Positions 48,767 through 57,393 of a stretch of 64,000 nucleotides of DNA are shown here, in pieces. How positions within the stretch are numbered: the first letter of the stretch is position 1; each line of letters opens with the position of its first letter. Made by a program: the position numbers and the translations under genes. The notes beneath the pieces were generated by a model, which had not been told where the DNA came from, did not search any database, and saw only the letters and a list, made by a program, of their open reading frames with translations. Source of the stretch: a virus. Taxonomy: Duplodnaviria > Caudoviricetes. Where the stretch lies: IMG/VR virus record IMGVR_UViG_3300037601_000024, positions 8,412 through 72,411 of that record; one strand, written 5' to 3'.

Positions 48767-48882
48767 ATGCCTCGCTGCCGTCCCATGGCATCTTCATTTC
48801 CCAGCAACCCCGACTTAATGGCAAGCGAAGATGCCAGGTTAATCGATATTGTAGGCGTGTTTACGTGTGCTAGATTCAGTGT

Positions 48883-48931
48883 GTCAGCCGGTGTGTGACA
48901 GCAAGCGCACCTCTGACGGCTGTTTGAAAAT
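48883..48931 (+). promoter_or_regulatory. Leader hairpin + boxA-like motif, copy B
   Basis: GTCAG..GTGTG-ACAGCAAG-CGCAC..CTGAC then TGTTTGAAAAT. Confidence 0.65.
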
Positions 48932-48950
48932 CTAGCGGAGGTTTATCCCC

Positions 48951-49823
48951 ATGAGCAAGTCTATCAAGACTGAGATCGAAGCCGTGAAATCCAATAACGC
49001 GGCTGAATGTGCTCTCTGGAGCATTGTCGTGGTTATGGGTCTATTCGGAGCCTATGGAATGTACGTTCTCTTGTGGGACGTTTCCAAGGTTGCCTACTTC
49101 TTCACTGCCGCAATCTTCTTTGCAGTGAGCATCGCTACCCCAATGATGGTGATGCGCGCTGAGAAAGGCACAGGCAAATGGCAAGCGTCTGCGTTTGTCA
49201 TCGCCGGATTGCTCGCGCTCGTTGATTGGGGTGCCGGTTACAATTCCGGTATCCAAGTCGAGGCGCAGGTGATGAAGGATAAGTGGGTCATTGGTGAGCA
49301 GGCTTATAATCAGCGCGTCATCGACGCCACGACCGATCTGAAAACTGCCAAAACAAATCTCCAAGAGGCTACTGAGAAACGTATGGCAATTGTGTTCCCT
49401 GATCTGTCCGATGCCGGACCTCAGACCACGAAAGCCAAGACTGAAGCTTACAAGGCGGAAGTCAAAGCGGCCGACACAGCGGTGAAGCTCACCACTAAAG
49501 CCAGGGATGAAGCGCAAGCGACATTCGACGCACTGCCGGCCACGTATCAAAAGCCACGCCTGATCGATCATACCTTTTTGGGTTTCGTGATGGCAGGCTT
49601 GCAGTTCATCACGCTTTTCGGCTTCGTTACTGTTCAGCGCATCACACGCCAGCGTGTCGAGGCTATTCAGTCAACGGCTGAAGCGATTGAAGCCGAGGTG
49701 AACCGGAAGGTATCGGCTCGCACACGTTCCCGTCCTGCTCGTAAGAAAGGCGCGAACAAGAAAGGTGAACAGCCAAAGACGAAGACCCTGCCAGATGGTC
49801 AGGTGATCTATCTCACAGCCTAG
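48951..49823 (+). CDS. Multi-pass membrane protein with coiled coil and basic tail
   Basis: 3 N-terminal TM segments, coiled coil, fourth TM segment, K/R tail. Confidence 0.75.
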   Translation: MSKSIKTEIEAVKSNNAAECALWSIVVVMGLFGAYGMYVLLWDVSKVAYFFTAAIFFAVSIATPMMVMRAEKGTGKWQASAFVIAGLLALVDWGAGYNSGIQVEAQVMKDKWVIGEQAYNQRVIDATTDLKTAKTNLQEATEKRMAIVFPDLSDAGPQTTKAKTEAYKAEVKAADTAVKLTTKARDEAQATFDALPATYQKPRLIDHTFLGFVMAGLQFITLFGFVTVQRITRQRVEAIQSTAEAIEAEVNRKVSARTRSRPARKKGANKKGEQPKTKTLPDGQVIYLTA

Positions 49824-49837
49824 TGGAGTACGAGATT

Positions 49838-49866
49838 AGGGAGCTCTCCGGAGTTCCCTTTTCTTT
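49838..49866 (+). terminator. Intrinsic terminator
   Basis: AGGGAGCTC / GAGTTCCCT + TTTCTTT. Confidence 0.7.
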
Positions 49867-50060
49867 GTGCTCACCTAGCAAGCCATGGCGCCTTTAGTAC
49901 CGGTCTTTGGTCGCGCGGCTATACGTGTATAGGACTGCCATAAACGAGTGTTGCAGTTTGCAATAAGCCATCACGAAACAGGGTTTTGCCATTAGTAACA
50001 CAATGTTTGTGTGCTATCTTATGAGTGTCAGCAAGACAAGACACTTAATGAGGCACACAA

Positions 50061-50186
50061 ATGAAGAAACGCAGCAAAGAATGCTTGATCACCAGCCACT
50101 TTGGTTCGGTCTATCTGGGAAAGCAAGCGCGCCGACAAAAGCGTGATCGCAAGCTCAGTGACAAGCGTCGCCGCAGAGCACGATAA
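50061..50186 (+). CDS. 41-aa Arg/Lys-rich peptide
   Basis: MKKRSKECLITSHFGSVYLGKQARRQKRDRKLSDKRRRRAR; GAGG RBS; TAATG coupling. Confidence 0.6.
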   Translation: MKKRSKECLITSHFGSVYLGKQARRQKRDRKLSDKRRRRAR

Positions 50187-50305
50187 TGACACCTGACATT
50201 ATCCACCCGCTCGCTGAGATCGCCTTTTACAAGATCTTCCCGATCGCCGGCACTCTCATCGCAATTGGCTGCCTTTTGGTTTGCACCACTGCCAAAGAGT
50301 GGTAG
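50186..50305 (+). CDS. 39-aa single-TM peptide
   Basis: MTPDIIHPLAEIAFYKIFPIAGTLIAIGCLLVCTTAKEW; terminator at 50351-50396. Confidence 0.55.
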   Translation: MTPDIIHPLAEIAFYKIFPIAGTLIAIGCLLVCTTAKEW

Positions 50306-50633
50306 AATTCGAGTCTGACCTGGCTTGTTACCTTTCGCCGGTCAAACCCTGAAAGCGCCTCCGGAACTAAACCACCCGGTAAGGCGCTTTCTTTTTGGGT
50401 TGATGCCGAGCCATGGCAATTTTCAATTATAGAAAGGCTCGTCCGGCGCCACTTATTATAGAACGGCTCCCATTAGCCATTTCCCCAAAAGAAAGGCGCC
50501 ATGGCGCCTTGTGTAGACCGGTATAGATCGCCATGGCTCCAGGCGGCAATTGTCAGTCAAACATTACAAATTTGTAATGTAGAAATTGTGTTCTGACCCT
50601 TGTGTTACACCCTCTGTGTGCTATCTATTGTGT

Positions 50634-50676
50634 GTCGGAAGCGAACAGCAAGCGCGACCGACAGTTGTTTGAAAAC
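50634..50676 (+). promoter_or_regulatory. Leader hairpin + boxA-like motif, copy C
   Basis: GTCGG..GCG-AACAGCAAG-CGC..CCGAC then TGTTTGAAAAC. Confidence 0.65.
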
Positions 50677-50715
50677 TGCTCAATAGTGAGCATTCATTTA
50701 CGGAGGACATTACAC

Positions 50716-51459
50716 ATGTCAAATCGCACTTCAGTTACCACTGCAAACTCTGAGCTTCTGGATCAACCAATGATCGAAGCTATGTGGAGCGCTTCACCGC
50801 AACAGGTTGGAGGTATGCGCAAGCGTATCAGTGACCTGATCGACGACCGGAAAGCTCGCGACAGCGAGAAACTTCCGGAGGGAGGTGAACTTTCAAAGGA
50901 CTTTCGTCACTTGGAAGACTGGAAAGAATCGGACGCACTGCACCGGTTTTTCCTCGCGATGCAGATTGATCCGAAAGGATACATTCTCAATCCATACTTG
51001 GACGACGCAGAACTGAAAAAGCGCGGTTTTGATCCTTCCGCTCGGACACGCAACCTCAAAGCTTACAAGAAAGTCCGCGAGGTCGCTGAATATGTCGTCA
51101 CCGGACAAGCGAAGCTTGAAGCGGTGTTTAAGACGTTCGTCGCGTGCTCTATCGTCGCGTCTCGCACGGTGAGCTTTATTGACAGCAACGTCTGCGAGCG
51201 GTTCCTCTCAAGCATTCCTCTGACCGATGTCAGCGCGGACCTTGCGGAAGCTATCGACGCTTTCCAAGCGAAGCACATGACAACCGGAGCTGCGACACAA
51301 GCGTCTCAAATGCGCTTGACGCTCGCTAATCTTGGAGCGGTCACGATGCAGAAGGAAGACGGTCGCAAAGGTTTCGTTCTGAAACCGGAAAGCGGTCTGA
51401 TCCAGGCGCTCGCTGAGCGCTTCGGGATGCAGGATCAGTTGCAGCAAATCGCTGCCTAA
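50716..51459 (+). CDS. Hypothetical protein, possible winged-helix C-terminus
   Basis: GGAGG RBS; NLKAYKKV; GAATQASQMRLTLANLG resembles the C-terminus of 30611-31321. Confidence 0.75.
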   Translation: MSNRTSVTTANSELLDQPMIEAMWSASPQQVGGMRKRISDLIDDRKARDSEKLPEGGELSKDFRHLEDWKESDALHRFFLAMQIDPKGYILNPYLDDAELKKRGFDPSARTRNLKAYKKVREVAEYVVTGQAKLEAVFKTFVACSIVASRTVSFIDSNVCERFLSSIPLTDVSADLAEAIDAFQAKHMTTGAATQASQMRLTLANLGAVTMQKEDGRKGFVLKPESGLIQALAERFGMQDQLQQIAA

Positions 51460-51480
51460 ACCGACGTAAAACAACACGGA

Positions 51481-51509
51481 AAGGGACGCTCAATCGAGCG
51501 TCCCTTTTT
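51481..51509 (+). terminator. Intrinsic terminator
   Basis: AAGGGACGCT / AGCGTCCCTT + TTTG. Confidence 0.75.
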
Positions 51510-51714
51510 GCGTTTGTATATGGGAAGAAACCGCCTCCCTATGGGTGGAACTCGCCTTGCCTAGAGAGGGAGCCGCCTTGGGACGATCTGAATTGTCACT
51601 CAAACATTACAAATATTTAATCTAAAACCCATGCCACACACCTTGCGTAACACACGAAATGTGTTACATTAGAGATAGTTCAGGTGGTTCTGAACTAACT
51701 CGAAAGGTAAAACA

Positions 51715-51989
51715 ATGATTGATCAAAAAGACCAACGCGACATGGACCGGATTAAGCGACACAGAGACCGGATCAGGAAAGCGAAAAAAGCAAGAGAGGA
51801 GCGGTCCCGAAAGGACCGTTCCGACCTCCTCGAAGCGATCGGACTCTCATTTTCCAGCTTCATGTGGATGTCATAAAAATGAAAGGTTTTAAACAGTTCG
51901 TCAAAGACACCGCATTCAATCTTCTGCTTTTGTTCTGGGTTGCACTCGCATTCTTCTGGGTCATGGAGCAGGTCAACATTAACTTTTAG
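51715..51989 (+). CDS. 53-aa Arg/Lys-rich peptide (51715-51876) and 36-aa TM peptide (51879-51989)
   Basis: Translated by hand; AAGG RBS; terminator at about 52009-52043. Confidence 0.55.
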
Positions 51990-52054
51990 TCATAATCGAG
52001 ACACCCTGGGGACCGCGTTACACCTGTAGCGCGGTCTCTTTGTGCGCTCCCTCC

Positions 52055-52098
52055 AAACATTACAAATAATTAATGTGCATTAAACATTTGTAATGTTT
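52055..52098. repeat. 44-bp imperfect palindrome (ACATTACAAAT family)
   Basis: AAACATTACAAAT...ATTTGTAATGTTT, 38/44 self-complementary; related sites at 50561-50580 and 51602-51614. Confidence 0.85.
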
Positions 52099-52318
52099 CT
52101 TGACGTCGCGGAAGTCTTAGGATTTCCCGACTTTGCTGTGGGGGTTCCCTCGGGATTTTTCGGCGAAATTAACACCTATCCCTTATATCCCAGGCTCCCC
52201 GGCTGTCGAGCTTCCCTTATACCCATACGAAAACGCGCATAAAACAGGTTTATCCGGCTTCGCGTATATCGTTTCGATATCAGCCGGCGGTTTTGATGTC
52301 TTTTGAGATATCAGGCGA

Positions 52319-52654
52319 TCAGAACGTATCTTCGATCTCTTCGGCTTCCGTCTTCTCATCTTGCGATGCCTGGTTCCAGATAGACACGTAGACCATGACC
52401 GCGATGAATGTGCCTGTCGCATAGTTGCGAAGAAGAGCTGTGTCCACTTCGACGCCGGGAGCGAACAAGTCCGCGAACATCCAGATCGTCAGTGCGCCTT
52501 CTATGAGAACCCAGATGATCACACCTGTCTTTACGCGTGGCTCCCATTTGCTCTTCCAGAAGAGTTTGAGGATCCAGGCGGTCAGAAACACTAAGCCTAG
52601 TCGAACCAGCGCAGCGATGACCGCCACGACGACAAACATTAGAATTCCAATCAT
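52319..52654 (-). CDS. Small membrane protein
   Basis: 3 hydrophobic segments. Confidence 0.65.
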   Translation of the reverse strand: MIGILMFVVVAVIAALVRLGLVFLTAWILKLFWKSKWEPRVKTGVIIWVLIEGALTIWMFADLFAPGVEVDTALLRNYATGTFIAVMVYVSIWNQASQDEKTEAEEIEDTF

Positions 52655-52674
52655 GCCTGGACCCCCGATTTAGC

Positions 52675-53061
52675 TTATTCGGTCGTTTCGCCAGAAGCTT
52701 CGACCGCCTTTTGAGCCGCCTCTGCTTCTGCCTTGCAGTTTGTGTCCACTGCACGCTCTAGTGCTCTTACCTGTCCCTTAGCAAGAGCGAGTTCGCCTTC
52801 AACATCGGCGCCGAACACCGATCCCGCAGGAACGAGAAGAAGGAAGACGCCGACCGTATCGGCCGTTGCTGCGTTGTTTTGTTTCTTACGAAGCGTTTCT
52901 TCTTCCGCGCGCTTCAGGTCCAGCTCCGCCCGAGACTCTTCGCAGGTCAGATCATAATACTCTGACGCCGACACTGAGACTGGAGCGACACCAGACGCTC
53001 TTGTGGCGCAAGCAGACAATAATCCTGCTGCTACCAGTGAAATAAATAAGGCATTTTTCAT
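52675..53061 (-). CDS. Lipoprotein
   Basis: Signal peptide with lipobox LLSAC. Confidence 0.75.
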   Translation of the reverse strand: MKNALFISLVAAGLLSACATRASGVAPVSVSASEYYDLTCEESRAELDLKRAEEETLRKKQNNAATADTVGVFLLLVPAGSVFGADVEGELALAKGQVRALERAVDTNCKAEAEAAQKAVEASGETTE

Positions 53062-53174
53062 TACGCACCCCGTTGGTTAATAGGAGCGCTTAGTAAATCG
53101 AATCCGAGTCCTTCCGCAACCGAAAAGTTAAGGCAATTCAAGATTGTATCTTTGTTTACACTCGACTTAAATCG

Positions 53175-53218
53175 AAGGCGGTGGGTACGATCTTGAGTTT
53201 CCACAACCCACCGCCTTC
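53175..53218 (-). terminator. Strong hairpin downstream of the tRNA-like element
   Basis: GAAGGCGGTGGGT / ACCCACCGCCTTC 13-bp stem. Confidence 0.65.
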
Positions 53219-53219
53219 T

Positions 53220-53294
53220 AAATCCCTATGCTCTGCCTGACTGAGCTACCCAGCGCGTAGCCGGGGTGAGATTCGAACTCACGACCTAGGGTTT
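53220..53294 (-). ncRNA. Circularly permuted tRNA-like RNA (T arm - closed acceptor stem - D arm; YrlA-like topology)
   Basis: AAA-CCCTA-GGTC-GTGAG-TTCGAAT-CTCAC-CCCGGC-TACGC-GCTGGG-TA-GCTC-AGTCAGGCA-GAGC-A-TAGGG-ATTT. Confidence 0.75.
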
Positions 53295-56174
53295 CCTCTT
53301 TGATGGAGATGCCGTTAGCACCTCCCACCAACTGTCTGCATCTTCGAAATCGTCGCGCTCCACCGCCTCGATGTAAAACGTCGCCAAGTCTACCCGCGCT
53401 TTATGTACCTCACGCGGGTCTTCTGGGTAAGACTGCATCGCCATGATTTGTTCTTTGGTGTAGCCGCCGTCAGTCATCGCGCTCCCCTGTCGGGTAGAGG
53501 CATCCAGTGGGTGCGGCTTTCAGGGCGGCTTGCATGGATCGGATCATCCGGTCTTTGTGGTCATTCGGCAGCTCATCCCACGAGCGCTCAAGGTCTTCCA
53601 CGCCGGACATGTATTCCTGATAGTGAGCTTTCGCCATTGCTTCCATCAAAACCTCACGCAATGCCGCATCGTTATCCTGTGCGGAGTAGTTGACAACATC
53701 AAAAGCTGACCCCTCCAACCAATCGCGCACCATAGAAACAACGCTCTCAACGGTCTCTTCAGTCGACAGATCGTTTTCGGTACACCGTTGCGCCCGCTTG
53801 ATGATCAAGTCCGGCAGCTTTCTTGCGGCTCGATCATTGCTCTTCGACAACCTTGTTAAAACCGCCTGGCGATCCTCGTCAGATAGCTTCATCGGATCAT
53901 TTCGCATTACCCCACTCCATACACAACTGCTTCAGCGATGCGCTCCCAGTGTCTTTTGATATTCTCAGTATGCTTATCCCAGAGCGCACGAGCTGATTCT
54001 TCAGATAAAGCTGGCTGCGCCGCCCTGAACGCTCGAAACCCTGCACCGAATGTCCCCAGAATTTTCAGAGACTGAAGCTCATAATTGTAATCCGACAGCT
54101 CGTCATACGCTTCCAATAGGCGTTGAAGTTCGTCGACCTGAATTTTGACGCTTTGCTCGCCGGCCTTCTTCAGGTCTTCAACAAGCTGGCGTGTGGAGTG
54201 AACGATATCGGTCATACCGGAAGTCCTCTCCAGCCGTCTTCCCACCAATAGCCGACATAATCGCGCTGATATTTGATGTGGTCGAACCACTCATTGATCT
54301 CGCCGATCGTATCCTCCTCGATTGTGAATGGGATTACCCATTGGACGTAGAGAATGTGCTGCTTCATGCGCTTGTCTCCCGCTTCAAAAGCATCAATCGG
54401 TTCCTGAGAGCGTGGATCGCTTGCAATCTGGTCGCGTGACTATTGATCTGGTCATCGAGAACACCACTCAGAGCGACGTTTAGCTCGTCTTGCTCCTGCT
54501 GATACCTGTCGACCTGTTCTTCGCGCTCACGGAGCTCCTGTGTCGTTTTCTCAGCGCGTTGTTTCCACGTGCGCTTGTCTTCCATCGCCCCGTTGTAAGC
54601 ATCTGCATCCGGAACTGCGACAGTATCGGACCTGACCCACGATTGAATGCGCGGACCATCTAGGTGAGCTTTCGTTTGAAAGCGCGCGATGTGATACGAC
54701 CGGCGCCATATCCGGTATCCGTCGATCATCTTGGTTGGGATCCAGGCGAACTTCTTCCGCCACGGTCCAACACGTTCCATGAACATCATCATTCCTGAAG
54801 TCCCTCGTTCTCGATTTCGGTAATGAACTCTTCGACGCGTAGGTGAAGTTCGACCCACTTCTTTCCGAAGCCGTCTTTGGTCTCGCAAGTGGGATCAACC
54901 ATACGCCGGTGTCCTTCGAGATCAGTCAGTGCTCTCAGGTTTCCTTTCGCCTGGTTCCAGACGATCGCCTTGTTCATGGATAGCGTTTCGTAGCTCAAAA
55001 GCTGCTCCCTAGCGCTTGGACGAATTTGTAGAGAAAGAACGGAATGCCGATCACAACGATGGCCAGACCGATCAGAAGGTTCCAGCATACTCTAGGCATC
55101 GGCGTGCTTCCCGAGCAGGTAGACCGTGTTTCGGGTGTGAGCGAGCTTCATGTCACCCACGTCCTCGATCTTTGTGACCGTACTGGTGAAGACCGGCTCT
55201 GAGTCTTTGAAACGACCCTTCCGGTCAAAAAAGATCCAGCCTTGCAGACGATCGCCGATTTGCTCCCAGTTGTGGAGCATGGCGTGTGCGATCATGATAT
55301 CGTTCGGGACGTTGTTCATTCCGCCACCTTCTCGAACCACTCCTGGCGCGACGCCAAAGACAGCTCTCCCCAAGATGGGAAACGGTTGCAGTGAATACCG
55401 GAGCTATCGACATGTTTGATGTACGCCGCTTTGGCTTTCTGCTCGCGCTCGGAGACCTCTCGAAGCGGTGTCAGCTCCCGCTGTGCTTCGTCACGAACCA
55501 TCGCCGCCCATCCGCGAGCCTCATCAGGATCGCATGGACGCTCACTGGTCCGGCTGTTTGGACATTCGCCGTCGTGGTCTGCGCAATCCCGGCACATCGG
55601 TGATGGGATGAAGACCTCCAGCGCGTCTAAGAGTTTTTCGATAGTCGCCTTGGTCATCACAAAAGCTCACTCAGTGCCGGCGCCGAAAACGCACGCGGAG
55701 CGGCCTGTCTCGCGATCATCATTGCGAAGTTGGCGACGTCAGCCGCCTCCCTGGCGATCCCTCTTTCGATCTCTTCGTCGATACGAGGATCGCCGTCTCT
55801 GTCGCTGTGAACCACTTCGGCCAGCTCCATGACCTCTTCACCAAGCCGACGCAGGAGCGCCGCCGGTGAATCATCGAGCGTTCCGTTCTTATGGTCATTC
55901 TCTCGCAGCTTCGCTTCCATCCAGAGCGCGAACTGACTGATTGCGGGACGGAAAGGTGGTTTCGACATCACAGCGCCTCGTAGAGCGACTTCTGTTCGCC
56001 GACAGATTTCTCGAACGCGCGGCCGAAACGATCTTCGCAGTCTTCGTCATCGACGCTGATACCCATCAGCGTACAGACACGCATCAAATCCTCGTCAACA
56101 TCTCCGGTGTGCTCCCAATGCTGAGAACCTGCGATCAAACGCATGAGAATTTCTTTGTAGTCGATGGTCGGCAT
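53286..56174 (-). CDS. Minus-strand operon of small hypothetical ORFs (53286-53477, 53470-~53895, 53907-54215, 54212-54367, 54364-~54790, 54789-~54977, 55092-55319, 55316-55660, 55657-55971, 55968-56174)
   Basis: Chain of ATGA/TGATG overlaps; 55657-55971 has a KLRENDHK...EAADVANFAMMI MazG-like pattern. Confidence 0.6.
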
Positions 56175-56404
56175 AGAGCACTCCGTTATTTCGTTACGGA
56201 GTTCTATTATCACTCATTAATGACTATGTGAAGTGGGAATTGGTCAGCGCTCGCTCCGATGTCTAACTTTCCCACACCAGAACGAGCGCCTTCCCGATCT
56301 GTATCGAAGTTTACACCCAGATACAGACGAGCTTGAAAGCAGTTCAATTGAACCCTTTTGCTCGTCTGTGCAACAACTAATATAGATAAATTTGTTAGCG
56401 CTTG

Positions 56405-57268
56405 TTATTGCAGCAATTCCAACATTTCTGGTGTCAGTTCTTTAAGGTTGATTTGGACTTCACGATCGTCCAGATAGGCCGTCAATACGGGGTTTTCGGT
56501 AGTTAATGCCGCTTGAAATTCGGTTAACGTCAGACCGCTGACAAATGACGGGTGATACCCTGTCATTGTGCCGTAGAGATCACCGTCCATGAACGCACCA
56601 GTCGCATCGGTTCCAGCGAAGTCAAAATAGAATTTCTTCAAATACCCGCTTGGCGTGTAGATATCGGTTGAAATGCCAAATGCCAGGGTCGGCTTTCGAT
56701 GCGCGCCGGCCGATTCCATACCTAGTCCAACCACATACAGCATATAGTCAGGGGTGACATATTTTATGCCGCCTCCGGACGCCGGTTCCCAGTTCGAGTC
56801 TTTGAACACATCATAGTTCGACACGTGCTGCGTGACGTCGCCTTTAAATGAAGCGGTCGTCCGATTACCACAGTGGTCCGTGAGCCTTACGAGCATCGAT
56901 CCGTGCTGGCGCATCTTGTCTGCAATGTACGCCGGTGACGTGAAGAAGATCGCCTCATTGTCAGTTGAAACTGAGAAATTCGCTTCTTCTGGATCTTCCT
57001 GGCCAAATCTCAGCGTGACATCCGGATCAGTCGCGTCACAGATGAATGCAAGCGGTGTGACCCAAAAGAAATCCACGTCATCACCGTCTTGTCGATGCAC
57101 AAGCGTGGTGCGCTGGTTTGGATGGTCCAAGACCTCCCCTGACAGGTAGTACCCGACGATCGCTTCATCGGTGAATGGATCGACGTGCTCTTGGCTCTGC
57201 CACTCTTGTGCGGCGCCTGAAACGGCCAGGAGCGACGCTACGGCTGTACTTAGGAGGAATTTGCGCAT
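56405..57268 (-). CDS. Secreted/periplasmic hypothetical protein
   Basis: Signal peptide MRKFLLSTAVASLLAVSGAA; WQ...DPFTD. Confidence 0.7.
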   Translation of the reverse strand: MRKFLLSTAVASLLAVSGAAQEWQSQEHVDPFTDEAIVGYYLSGEVLDHPNQRTTLVHRQDGDDVDFFWVTPLAFICDATDPDVTLRFGQEDPEEANFSVSTDNEAIFFTSPAYIADKMRQHGSMLVRLTDHCGNRTTASFKGDVTQHVSNYDVFKDSNWEPASGGGIKYVTPDYMLYVVGLGMESAGAHRKPTLAFGISTDIYTPSGYLKKFYFDFAGTDATGAFMDGDLYGTMTGYHPSFVSGLTLTEFQAALTTENPVLTAYLDDREVQINLKELTPEMLELLQ

Positions 57269-57335
57269 GTGTGTCCCTTTATTTGATCGGTGCGACACTA
57301 TTCTGATGCGTTTTGACGTTCAACTGGCAAAAGAA

Positions 57336-57359
57336 AACCGCACTCCGAAGAGTGCGGTT
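57336..57359 (-). terminator. Intrinsic terminator
   Basis: AACCGCACTC / GAGTGCGGTT with T tract on the minus strand. Confidence 0.7.
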
Positions 57360-57393
57360 CCTTTAAGCAACAAAACTCTACAATGAGCCGATA

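Noticed and set aside
52055-52098. N15-type telomere resolution site
   Set aside because: No protelomerase in the window, the centre is imperfect, and the arms recur as operator-like sites nearby; kept only as a generic palindrome.
53220-53294. Functional canonical tRNA, ochre suppressor (TTA after the stem), or two-piece tmRNA
   Set aside because: The halves are in reversed order, there is no CCA and no intact 7-nt anticodon loop; tmRNA lacks a D stem and needs a tag reading frame, which is absent.
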